A DNA stretch of 64,000 nt from Paraspadella gotoi (Eukaryota > Animalia > Chaetognatha): NCBI GenBank assembly GCA_051294375.1, contig CM119267.1, positions 20,027,476-20,091,475 of the forward strand, written 5' to 3'. The notes beneath the pieces were generated by a model. That model was not told where the DNA came from and made no database searches. It saw nothing but the letters and a program-made list of their open reading frames with translations. The position numbers were made by a program, and so were the translations under genes. Below are positions 52,001-64,000 of the stretch, one piece after another (within the stretch, counting starts at the first letter, position 1; each line of letters begins with the position of its first letter).

Positions 52001-53018
52001 TGGCGGCGTTGTCGGCGGTGGCCGTCGTCGGCGGCGTCGGCGAGGAGATAATTGCGGCGGCTCGCAGCGTCACTCCGTCAATGACGCGGACGGATGTCCG
52101 AAGACGAAGCCGGTGATTCTGCGACGCCGTCGACTTCACGTGAGGATTCGAGTTCATTTGCAAAAAGTCAGGCCAGAGGATCTTGAAGTTCGAAGCTCGT
52201 CTATCGGGCGACGCCGTTGACCGACATGAATCGGCGTCTTTCTTACTTCCTCCTCCTCCTCTTCCTCCTTTTCCTCTTCTTTCCGCTCCTAACTTCCCTC
52301 GCGATCTCTTGATCTCCTTCTTCCTTTACCTCCAACCGCATCAGTTCCGCCAACCCGGCGTCTTCCACCGAGGCTTTGACGGCCGTTCTGAGTTGTCTCG
52401 CGGATTTCGCCGGAGGCTCGAGTCTCTCTGATGCCGTCGATGGCTCGAGGCTGAAGCTGCGGCGGCGGTGGCGCGTCGGCGTCGGCGGGTCGTCCAACCG
52501 TTTGCAGGACGAACTTACCCTTGTTGTCGGCGACGGGATCCATAGATGACTTTTCGGCGGAGTCGACTCAACCCAATCCTCCAACACCCATGCTTTGACA
52601 AGAAGTTTCGATTGGCTTGGAAGGGAAGCAAGTTAAATTTCTAGTTATAATTCTAATTAATTAACAATAACTGACTTTTTTATTCCTTATCCCCCAACTT
52701 TTGGCCCTTACCCGATCCATTTTTGTTCGGGGCTGCTTCTCGACCAGTTGGAATCCTGAATCGTTCCGTTGCTCTTTTGTTGTTTCTCGTTCTCGCCGAG
52801 AGGTTTCGCGACGCGCCGCGCCGCCTTTCGTTTTACCGCTTTTTTATTCGTTCTCGAACTCGGGCTGTTCTCTTGTTTTTTCCTAAAAAGTGGGAACGGT
52901 ATCATACTCCATAACACATTTAACCATAGCTTACTATAGAAAATGATAGCATAGATAGATGACAGATAGATAGATATATAGATAGATAGTAACGATAAAG
53001 ATAAATAAATAAAGAAAA

Positions 53019-53057
<39 letters not shown>

Positions 53058-53114
53058 ATACATAAATAAATAAATAAATAATAAAAATAAATAAAACAAA
53101 ATAAACAAATAAAA

Positions 53115-53149
<35 letters not shown>

Positions 53150-53174
53150 ATGAATGATGAATGATAATGAAATG

Positions 53175-53205
<31 letters not shown>

Positions 53206-55657
53206 CCAAATAAATAAATAAAAATAAATAAATAATAATATAAAAAAAACCCAACGAATTCAACCTCTTTTTCCTCCTCGTCGTCCGCTTGATCGCGTTC
53301 TTCATGCATCGCCAAATTACTTCAAAATTCCGCCGTCGTCATGATCTTCGACGCCGCGTGCTCCTCGTTTTTCTGCGTCGCCGGCGCCGATCGATTCGCC
53401 GCCTCTTGGCCCGCCGATTTTGGCGTCGCCACCGGCGTCACCTCAGGCGTCACACGAATCTTGGACGGCGTGCACGATCGACCGCACCTTCGACTCGCCT
53501 CCAACGTCCGGGCGTCGACGCCGCCCTCCGCATAGGTGTCGCTTCCGTCGAGACGCCGGCCGCCGGCGTATAGTTTAGCGCGGCGGCGGAGTCGGAGAGG
53601 AATTTGGACACGCCCGGACGGTTTGGACAAGACCTCCTTTGAAGGCGGGATACTTTCCCCAGGCGCGGACGAGGATTTCGACTGAGACTTCATCGTCGGA
53701 GTTGACGGCATCCGTCCCCTCCTCCTCCACACGCTCCGCCGCAACGCCCCCTTAACGATCGCCCGGCCTCCAGCGTGCGACGCCCACTTCGCACCGGCCG
53801 TTCGCCGACGCTAAGGATTTTGGTCGCCGAACGCGAAGGCCGTGTCGCGTGGCCAGGCCATTGGGTCAACCTAGTTTGCGGAGAGAACCAGACACTAAAA
53901 GAAAAAAAAACAAAAACCCGACCGACTGACCAAACGACAGACCGACCTGCGAGACCGAAGACGCCGACGCCGTATTCGCTTCCCGCCGCGGACGTTGAAC
54001 CCCAAGCGGGTCTCGAGGAAGGCATTGGGGATTCGGAGCAGCACCTCCTCTCGGTGGGAAGAGGAGTCGTGGAAGAGGAGTCGAGAGAGCGATTTAAGAG
54101 TTGCGTGGAGGAGGAAGAGGCGAGAGCGCGGAGGAGCTACGAGGATTGAAGGGCGGAAGGGGTGAGAGATCAGAGATAAATTAGTGTTAGTGTTTTTTTT
54201 TTTTTTTAAGGTTTTACGTTTGTTTCTTTTTGATGTTTTTTCTTTTTGATGTTTTCTATTTTTCTCGCGATCTTTCTTATTCACCATTCTCTTTGCATTC
54301 TCCGCTCTTATAGTGATTTTATCAGCTCATTGGCTTTTACATAATCCTTATTAATCCTAGTCTCGAAAAAATCTTTGCCTCCTCCACCTCAGAAGAATTA
54401 GCCAATGACCAACATCCGAATGACAAATCGAATCGGAACCCACCCCCTCCAATCACGCCCTTCTTTCGGTCCCCGTCTCAGAGTCTCCACTTCTCCCCCT
54501 CCAAACTCTCCGTCGACGACAGAAACCAAGAGACGGCGTTCCTTGACGGCGTTCCTCTTTCGCCGCGGCGTCGACGCCGCACAACGAGTCTGAGCGGCGC
54601 CGCCGGCGAAGACGACGCGGTTCTTTCGACGCCGTTCCATCGGCGCCGCCTAGGAGTCGATGAGCGCGCGTGATGGAGACTCCGGGCGAGGGATTCCTCG
54701 TTGGCCTCGAGATCTCGTCGCCGCGGAAGGCCGTTGAGGTCGGCCAGGCTTCCTCTGTCAACGTCCTTTTTGGAAAGTGGCGTAGAAAAAAAAAGGCGGC
54801 GGGCGTGTGTGATTGTAACCAGGAAGGATCGAGGCATTAAATCGAAAAGTCACTACCGGTTTCTGATTTGCCAATGGTTTTAATGTATTATAAATAATAA
54901 TATAATGTATAATATTTGGAAAGATAACTATATATATAACTGTAAAAAACGCAAAAATATTACTAACTGTTGACAGTTATGAAATGCCAATGACTTTCTT
55001 ATATTCTTAAATTTAACGTATTAATGAAGCCTGAGAATCCAGGCGCGGGTATCTCAACAACTGCGTAGGGGCTGCGGACCCTCAGTTACCTCCTCTTGTC
55101 ACTGGCATGTTTAGACCGGCTCCGTCACATTTTAAGCCAAATCCGGGATACCCACTATTACCATTACCCAGGGATTACCCAGGGATTGAACCCGGACGCA
55201 CGGTTGAAACGAGATGACTTAGCCTTTGAGACGAGGCTGGAACGGACAGCAGGTGAGTCAGCTTTAAGTCTTTCTGCCACATATCTTTAAATTGTTCCAT
55301 GATTCTTGTCGCTTCCATTCATTCCCTGACAATCCGTCCGTTCTGTCGCATCCTTCACCTTGACAAGATCCACCGATCTCTCGATTCCTGTTGCCTCCAC
55401 GCCCCGCCGCGGACGGTAAACCCCATCTCTCCTTCCGCGTCCGGCGGCACGAACACCACCTTCAACTCGTCCGCCGACGCCGATGTCGCCGGACGCACGA
55501 GCGGGGCGTCGTCGCCCCGACGTAGACTTCCAACAGTCGTCGTCGTCGGGCGTTTTCGGAATGAAATCCGTTTGAGAATGGCGTTGGATCGTCAAAGAGG
55601 CGTTCGACCTGGAGTAGATCGTTAATCATTAATTCATCTATTTTCATCATCATCATC

Positions 55658-55697
<40 letters not shown>

Positions 55698-56218
55698 TCA
55701 CATCATCATCATCGACCTTCAAGGCGCCGTTTGGACTGCATAGATTTTGGCAGCGGCATCCGTTTTTTGGCGCCGTCCTTGGTCCTCGGCGCCGCGCTGG
55801 GACGTGCGAAGCCATGACGCGGAGCTGTACCGCAGACGCTGGATCTCTTCCTGCTGCTGCTGATGGACCCAATAGGCGGGATTTTGGGGGCAACTGGTAG
55901 ATGCGAGAAAAGTTAAGGGCAGGGCGAGGTAAGTCTTTCTTTCCCCTCAACTTCACCGATTAGGCCTGACCTGGAATCATTTATCAACAACTGACCCATA
56001 TTGAAAAGTAACATACGGGTATTGGGGTAAAAAAAGTAAGAGCTGTATTCACAAACAACAGAAGCACAGAAGAGAGAGAGAAAGTGAAAGAGAGAAGAGA
56101 GACGTTTGGTTAATGCTTTCAGGAAGGAACGGATCATGGTGAAAAAAAAATTAGGTGCAATGGTGGGTTAAAAAGAGAAGAAGTAAAGGGAAGAGAGAGA
56201 GAAATAAGGGAGAGAAGA

Positions 56219-56252
<34 letters not shown>

Positions 56253-56339
56253 CGAGAGAAGAGAGAAAGAGAAGAGAGAGTAGAAACTGAGAGAGAAGAG
56301 AGAGAGAGACGTAGAGAGAGAGAGATAGAGAGAAAGAGA
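44840..56339 (+). repeat. Indel-riddled direct duplicate (probable second haplotype read) of 23932-34577
   Basis: Colinear over more than 10 kb, with frameshifts every few dozen bases, equally in exons and introns. Confidence 0.93.
45167..45782. mobile_element. 616-bp AT-rich foldback MITE with 8-bp TSD
   Basis: Termini TAAGGCGTA...TACGCCTTA, flanks ATGGGCAT / ATG(A)GGCAT, and an empty site at 24246-24253. The whole element is an imperfect palindrome. Confidence 0.85.
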
Positions 56340-57543
56340 NNNNNNNNNNNNNNNNNNNNNNNNNAATTAAGAGCGAAAAGTTAGTTAGGAGAATATAAGC
56401 GTTCCCCATTTGAATACTTGATATAAGGCTCGATGCAAAATCATGCGGATGATATAAAGAACCATTTAGCATTTTTAATTCGTATGAGCAAAAACAAAAA
56501 AAAAAATCTAGTTTTGTCGTTTTTGTTTAAATTTTAGTTATAAATTTTAATCTCCAAAATCTCATTCGTCATTTTGTCTGCGATATAAGCTAAGAACTGT
56601 TATGTTGTTTGTTTCAGCATGGAGGGCTGTTGGGGTGTTGCCAAGTGTACTCGTGCGAACTGCGAGGGAAGTAGCGTCGCACGAATTCTTTTTTCTCGAA
56701 GAAGAAAATGAATGGAGCAGCAGGGAATATTGGGTGAGTAAGGGAAGGTAAGGGAAACTAGGGTTTTAAAAGCTTTATTGGAGATCGATAGTAACTGTTA
56801 ATTGCACTAATGAAAATAATTTTACAAGCAAATTTTTCTATCTGAAAAGAAGAAAACGAGCTTTGAACTCTTGACGGTCCTTGTGCGCTCTTCATAAGAG
56901 CGCCCTGAAAGGTACCGCAGAATAATCCATACTATTTTAATCTTGGAAATAATTTTTTGGCATCTATATACCAGAGTCCGCACTACCAGGTCTCGAACCT
57001 AGATGCACACGCCAAAGTTCCTCTAGCCACGACAATGAGCCAAACTGGACCAAAGGAGAAAAGGTAAAGGGAGGGTTATTACGGACGGGATTTTCTTTTT
57101 TTTTGTTGGACACGCGAATCGCGAAGGAAAATCCGAGAAAAGTAAAAGAAGTAAAAAGAAAAGGAGGAGGAGGAGGAGGAGGAGGAGAGGAGGAATAAGA
57201 GGCTGCAAGAAGGCTGTCAAAGTCAAACGAATAAGAAGAAAACAATGGGAACATGTTGAAAGTCAACAGCTAACTTGTTCACTGTTAACTTCTGATTGAT
57301 TCTAAAAAATACGCGGACATATGATGAGTTGTATATTGATATTTTAAATTCTTGTTGAAGGTTCAATGAGTCTTGAAATTCATAAATCTCGACGGCGGAG
57401 GCGATTAAAAAAAACAAAACAGAAAGGAGCGATTCTATAGATGTCTCGACTCTCTTATTTCATCTTTCGAATCCCAATCACACTTATCTTTTTCCCTTCT
57501 TTCTTCGAAAAAGGGAGAAAAAAAAAAGCTTGCTCTCTCTCTC

Positions 57544-57616
<73 letters not shown>

Positions 57617-57709
57617 CCCTCTCTTTTCTTTCCTCCCCTTCCTCTCCCCATTTTCCTTTCCTCTAATTCCCCCACCACGCCGAACCCTCCTTCCCTCCTC
57701 TCGACTCCA

Positions 57710-58723
57710 TCATCTGATGGACGTTGCTTCTGCTGGGAAACTCCATGCTGGCGCGCCTCTGTAGTGGTTGACGGGCGGGGCTCCGTAGGATACATCCTCG
57801 GCGATCTCGAGGGATAGACCGATGTCGGGGTCGCTGGGGTAGCAGTTGACTCCGTGTAGCTTGGTTCGGGTGGGGTAAGCGGAAGGACTGGAGGCGTCGT
57901 AGAGGCGTTTTGGCGGGAGTTGGACGGTGCAGGGAAGGAAGAGGGGTCTGGAATGTGATGGTGGTGGGAGAGAGTGAAACGGGTGAAAAGTGGAAAGGGT
58001 TAATGAAAAGAAGAAAAGAAGAAAAATATGATCAGTCTAAGAACTAAGAATTCTACAAATTGAGTTAATCGCCCCAATCAAGTAAATAAAATGATGCACC
58101 AATGAACGATGTATTGAAGAATGAATAATCGAATGAATGAAATTGATGAATGAATGAATGAATGAATGACTTGAAATGAAAATAAAATTCCAACTCCTTC
58201 CCCTCACCTCCAAGGCATTCGTTCATCGTGCTTCTCCACTGGTCCGTGATGATGAGGAATTCACGGGGCCGCCCCAACACGTACCAGCGACCCCACGGGT
58301 CGTAGATGCAGTGTCCGCGGCGGCCGGATGTGTCGGGACGCGTCCGAACACCGATGGCATTCACTGCGGCACGCTCCAGCTGTCGTGCTCGAAGGGAGAA
58401 GTCAGGACGGCCGCTTGCCCGCGCGGGTCCGTGACGTCGACGATGGCGCGAAATGAGATGAGCAAGCTTGAGCGTTGGCGTGGGAAGGGGATAGCGAGGA
58501 CTGTACTTCACCTTGGGAGAGGGTGAGGATAGAAAGATGAAGAATTCCTACTGCTAGAAGTAAAATATTTTGATATATATTCATAAATTATAATTGTATA
58601 TAATATTAAAATATAATTTATGCGAGAAGACTGCTTTATGTTTGTCTGTCACTCTGTATCAAAATATCTTTTCGTCTGTATCTCTGATGTCTTTGTTGAC
58701 ACCCTCTCTTTCCTCTCTCTCTC

Positions 58724-58758
<35 letters not shown>

Positions 58759-59610
58759 TTCAAACTTCTCGCAACAAGTGATGTGCGCCATCCTCGTCTC
58801 CAGATCTGCATGGCCGCATTTTGTCGCAGCTCCGCTGTAGGCCTGCAGCACTTGAACGGTGAAGTGAGGAAGGTTATTTTGGTGAGGTTACAACGTGTAT
58901 GGATATGTAATATGTTAATATTTTGAATATATTATTTTATGGAAGCGTCATTAAAAATTTGCAAGTTAACAGAAACAAAGACTAAATTGAGTGCGCTCAC
59001 GTCCTTTTCAACGCTTCAGCCAAATCCTTGTCAGAGGGGAATGCCACCATCCCAGCGTTGCGTTCAATCCACAGTTCTAACGACTTCCCTCTGCATTGGC
59101 AAAGTGAGGGTCGGGGGCCCCAAGTCAATGGTGCATAATAAAGCAACTGACTGTTGCCCCATAGAATTTATTACATCCGAAATTATCCGTATTTACATAT
59201 TCCATATTATAAATAAATCGTAATTAATTAAAGTTCAATAAAAAGCCAAAAAAAGAGATATAAACGCTTTTCCATAGGTTCATCTCGCCAATAGTTAGAT
59301 GCCATGCCCACTCGGAACATTAATTCTAAGTCAATCTTGCCCTTTTTGATAAGGAAATCCCTACAGGTTATTTCACCACCAACTTTCACAGTCAATTGCA
59401 CAAGTCAAAATCCTCCAACTAGCTATTCTCGTCAGCTCGCTACAGTACATCTCGCCTGCGCTCCGGTGAAGTCGCCTTGGATAGTAGAGATTGTCAGTCT
59501 TGAGCATGAGCTGCTTCCTGTCGCACGGAGGCGGAGTGCACTTTGGAATTGCTCGTACTCATTTTCCGTCGTCGAGGGCGCGAGCCGAGATTTTTCGCGG
59601 AGATTGTATA
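57710..59610 (-). CDS. Uncharacterised spliced gene (frameshifted by probable read errors)
   Basis: GC-rich blocks with splice signals at ~57947-57710, 58511-58208 (AG acceptor, GTGAGG donor), ~58880-58765 and ~59610-59430. No domain recognised. Confidence 0.45.
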
Positions 59611-60364
59611 GATAAAAAATATTTGAAATGTTAAAAAAAAAACAAACGAGGAGAAAGACTAAAACGGCGACGGGAGTTAGAGTCTTCGTAGACAGGAATT
59701 TCACTAAAAGACTCGAAGACTTGAGGATTCTTTGTTCATTTCTAGTTGCTACGCGACGAAGAGGAGTAGAGATTCCTGGGTTGAGAGAAGAGAGAGAGAG
59801 ACTCACCGCGCTAATCTCAGAGCATTTTTTGAATATTTTAATCTGACGACGGATTTTGGATCGCAACAACGAATTTATAAAAAAAAAGAAGTTTTCATAC
59901 AGAACGCGATGGATGAGTTGTCTCAAATTACAAAAGATCACGCGTGTAAAAATAAAAATTTACAACCACGGACAACTGTACAAAAATAAAAACCATTCCA
60001 AATTTAAATGCAATTTAATTAGTTATTAAAAAAAATGAATGACGTGGAAATGGAAATATCTTCAGTCACTGTTTTTTTTTTTAATCGCAATTCTATCAAC
60101 TCTTCGCTGTCTCTTTTCTAAGTCACGGCTCTGGTCAAAATTCCTCAGCTCACTGTACGACAATACATTAGCGAAAATTCAACTCAAAACTAATCTAGAT
60201 CACCATTTTCTTTAAGCGTATCGGAAGGAAGCATACATAATTGTTAAATATTAAAACAATGCTAAAACATATTAATTTTGGTTTATTGGGTTTACAACGT
60301 GCGCTAAACGGCTGCGTCCTAGTTGACTGACTACGAAACCTACCCACCTCCCCTTCCCACGACT

Positions 60365-63300
60365 CTCTACAATTACGCATCGCTGTTTCCGCGCCATTTT
60401 ACTTCGGTTCGGCACCCGAAGCGCGTCCTGGAATTGCGGCATGACGCGCGACGGCCGGCGGCCATAGTCCGTAACGGATTCCAGGGGCGTGGGATCGGCT
60501 TTGATGCAGATTCAGATCCGGCCTCTGGTTCGCCTCTTTTGCAACGCAAACCTACGAGTGTTGGGTGGAGAGTAAATGTTTATGATAAAAGTTATATGCT
60601 AGAACATAATAGCATATACGATTTTAAATTAAACAACAATGCATATTGTGATATATTCGAGTATTTAAAATAATTTAAATTAAATTATAAGTATTACCGG
60701 CATGATCCATTTGTACTGGCCGTATGCGACGAAAAATGCCTGATCGACTACTAGCGGTACCTCCGGAGTGTTTCCTCCTCGCCGGCCCCCGGATTCTTTC
60801 CGACGCGCAACCATCTGCCGGCGGTATGGGTCGTAAGCGAGCGGACGCACCGTGTCGGCGATGTTCTGCACCTGAGGTAAAGTTCTCCCACGAACCATGC
60901 GGGTTTAATCAAACGAAATTTTTCGATTTTTGTTTTTTTTTTTCTTGCTTTAAAAAAAAATAGTTTCGGAATCCGTTTTTATGATTTAAAAGGACTTGTT
61001 ACTACAAAAATTCTCAATCTGCCGGTTAGCTTGCAGTTGGTTAGGCGTTGGTGCTAATAAGCTAAGGTCGAGGGTCGAGCCCTCTCACTGGCGCATCAAA
61101 TATTTTCTTTTCACGTCTTTGGGGAAAACGAGCAAGCAGAATTTGGCCAACTCGTGAAAAATCCGTTTCTCCTGGTCAACTGGCAAATTACGTATCTTTA
61201 CAAATCCGATCAATTCTAAAGTTTTAGCTGTTCAGCTTCGGAGAAGAAAATAATTATATTTTTTTAGGGGATATGCTAAGCTCAAAGTTTTAAATATGAT
61301 CAAAGCAAAGGTCATTCACGGGGGCTTTATAATATATAGAACATAATTGTAAACCGTTGACGCTAGTATTTGTGTAGTAGTAGACCATACATTCCGTCTT
61401 TTTCTTGAGACGCCACCAGCGAATCGTTTCGTCACCCCAAGGGTGTTCATTTTTCCTTCCAATCATAGATTTGGCGCACGCTAGAGGGATCGATTAATCG
61501 AGAGTCAGTGATACTTTGTGTGCATCAGTGATAGATTTTGTATTATTTACCTCATCGTCAAATGCCGTGAGTTAGTTCTGTGTCCTATTACGGGTTCCCG
61601 ATTGGCGGCGGCGTAATTAAAAAACCTGAGGGGGAAACCAAATTAAACTTTTCTATACATATCATTATATTTATACAAGTTCATATAAACAATTTTAATA
61701 AGTATAACAAAATTCGTTTAGCGTATAAAAAATAAATTCAATGCGTCGCAACAATGCATAAGCAGGCAGTATACGATGCTGATGAGGGCATACCCAAAGA
61801 TATTAAACATATATTACTATTTTTCATATATTTTTATGGGAATAAATAAAATTTTTTAATCAATTATGTGATATAATTGTGCCTAGATGGTATTAGAATA
61901 TCTTTAGCTGTATCTACACTTGCGGCTCACATAGGAATGTTGAGGTCGTAAAATGGGACGCTGAAGAATTCCGTGCCGGAATACTATGGGCGTCCTGGGG
62001 AGCAATGGGAGAGAAGAGAGGAAAGGGGAAAGGAGGAAAGGGGGAGGAGGGAAGAAGGAGAGGAGCAAGGGGGAGGAGGATGAGAGGGAAGAGAGAGAAT
62101 AGGGTGAAGGAGCGGGAGAAGAGCTGAAAAGAGAAGATTGCAGCATAGCACTCATCAAAATGTAAAATGTCTGATTGCGCCGTTTACTTTATCGGGGAAA
62201 AAACTACATAATAAAACATTTTGTTTCAGGCGTCGAGCCTCTTGTAAATTATTATCTTTCGCAACGAAATAGAAAGATACGAAAAGGAGTTCAAAACATT
62301 TGACATGGATAAAAATAATTGTGAATTCTAAAATCAATATTTTACGAAAAATTAAAAGTACTAAGAAGTTTAAATCTAAGCTCCGAAAGGAATAGTTTCA
62401 CTAATTTTCCTTTTACATAACGATGACCATTAAATTAATCGGCTCTCTTTGTTTTTCCTTCTCCCCACCAACCTCGATCTGAAGTAATAAGCGTGACCAG
62501 GGCGGGCGTTTTGGCCTTCCAAGAAGTCTCGCATGCCGAGTCTTGTTGGAGCAGACGATTATCTTGTCCAATCGAAGGCAGAGGTTTGAGTAACGTCTGC
62601 AGTAGAGTGTGCTCGGGGCCTCACATTCCACTGCAATGGAGAGAAGTATAAATTAATATTATCTTTAAAGACTTAGGAAACGTCTATAATAACCAAATTA
62701 TAAGTCGATAATTTAGGATCAGGAATAGGTTTAAAAGTTAAAATATCAACTAAGAATTTATAAAATTTTAACTAAAAAAAATATCCAGAGAGCTGGGTTG
62801 ACGAACTCAAGATACGAAAAACTTGTAAATAACTAACATTTTGTAGTGTTCTCTGAGTTTACGTGTCGTTGGACAGAAATGCGGGAAAACACGCATCGAC
62901 ATCGAGTAATTGCGTCCGCCTGAAGAAATGACATGAGAATTGACGAGTTAACGTAATCATGATCGAAAACAAACATATTCTTATTTTTTTCTTCGAGCAA
63001 ACAGAGATACCCGAACTGCACTTATTGCTTCGCTCGGTGAACTTTGGTCATCGTTTATCCTCCATCAGAGAGAGTCGACGTGCTCCTTAAGACGGCCTTG
63101 GATGTGACTCGATCACGTCCAGGACCTGTAGAAAGGAAATACAATGCTTTCGAGCGTAGGGGTATTGCTTGGTAGTATAGTGTTGAACGCACTTAGCGTA
63201 AAGAATGAAGTGAAAAATAAAACATGATTGATAATACCGGGTACTTGCTTAGACCCGTGACAAGAGACAAGTATTATTGTTATGAAGGTTTCAGTGATAG

Positions 63301-63700
63301 GACGTTGCAGATGCATAAGGCAGTCCACTGAAGCGCTTCGGATCAGCGTACATCATGTTAAGCGGGTTAGCGCCCCCGTCCCTGCTACTGCAGACGGACC
63401 AGAAGAGCGCACGGCTAGAACCCGACCTCTTGGTTTTGGGAGAGCGGAATGTACTTGCTCCGGCACAAAAATGGGCCGTGATGAACGGTTAGGTGGTTTT
63501 TATTCCACAATACATCCCTCCCGTAGAATGTCTGTTTGCGTTCTCAGTGAATATGTTTTGTTGGTGAAAGTGCATCACGCAAGCTTTGAGGCAGTGTGCT
63601 GATGTGTTGTGGACGGAAGTGCATCGCCAGGTTGAGGCATGTCGCCTGAAATTGTTTGGGTTGTTGCTGTGTGTTCGGAGTCGGGCTTCAACCAATGAAG
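60365..63700 (-). CDS. Neprilysin/ECE-like M13 zinc metallopeptidase, 3' part (error-frameshifted)
   Basis: Motifs appear in the correct order across exons: IVF-x-GILQRP (~61960), NYAA..VIGH/ELTHG/FDDE (~61552-61620), QNIAD..LAYD (~60870), QAFFVAYGQ (~60730), DPHAPG and MPQFQDAF-G-C (~60400-60500). The tentative upstream exons extend to or beyond the window end. Confidence 0.85.
61020..61095 (+). tRNA. tRNA-Ile (AAT), degenerate or mis-sequenced
   Basis: GCCGGTTAGCT..CAGTTGGTTAG..GCGTTGGTGCTAATAA..CTAAGGTCG.GGGTCGA closely follows eukaryotic tRNA-Ile(AAT), with small indels. Confidence 0.75.
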
Positions 63701-64000
63701 AGCAGTAAATTATTGTTATGAGTTAGTGATAGAACGATTCATATAAGCGAGTCCTGAGCTTCGATGCAGGTGTAGCATCATAGTTACAGGCGGTTAAGCG
63801 CCGGTTACGTGGCGAGACGAGACACCGGCTAGAACCCGGCACCTTTTGGTTGGGTAGCGAAATGACTGTCCTCGCGAATGGCCTTGATAACGGTTGGTGG
63901 ATTTTATTCACATGGGACAAAAAAAAGAGATTCCAAAAAGCACAAAATGTACAAGGTGTGTGTAATCGACCGCGGATCCGGATCCATGTCTGTAGTCCGG

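Noticed and set aside
50328-55956. A second whirlin paralogue or pseudogene
   Set aside because: The indel pattern is uniform across exons and introns and is typical of an uncorrected long read.
61772-61812. CTGATGAGGGCATACCCAAAG hammerhead-like motif
   Set aside because: It lacks an intact GAAA and a cleavage triplet, and lies in error-rich sequence.

Overview
AT-rich invertebrate-type eukaryotic (metazoan) genomic scaffold with CpG-rich exons, short introns, (GA)n microsatellites and N gaps. Bases 1-17,200 are mostly nested transposon debris: Helentron/DINE-like non-autonomous elements carrying minisatellites, a Tc1/mariner MITE, Penelope-type inverted repeats with hammerhead ribozymes, an RTE LINE fragment, and the 3' end of an LTR retroelement with a decayed gB/chuvirus-type envelope gene. 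Four minus-strand spliced genes follow: a furin-repeat single-pass membrane protein (18.4-22 kb), a whirlin/PDZD7-family protein (28.7-34.3 kb, with its 5' exons at 43.2-44.7 kb), an unassigned gene (57.7-59.6 kb) and a neprilysin-like M13 peptidase (60.4-63.7 kb) with an intronic tRNA-Ile. Most of 34.6-64 kb looks like unpolished long-read fill: indel-riddled direct and inverted re-copies of earlier sequence, a noise tract and a probable SMRTbell adapter remnant. The second copy nevertheless carries a real 616-bp foldback insertion that is absent from the first. The best biological leads are the env-bearing retroelement, the ribozymes and the polymorphic foldback element. All homology calls come from manual motif recognition; no searches were run.
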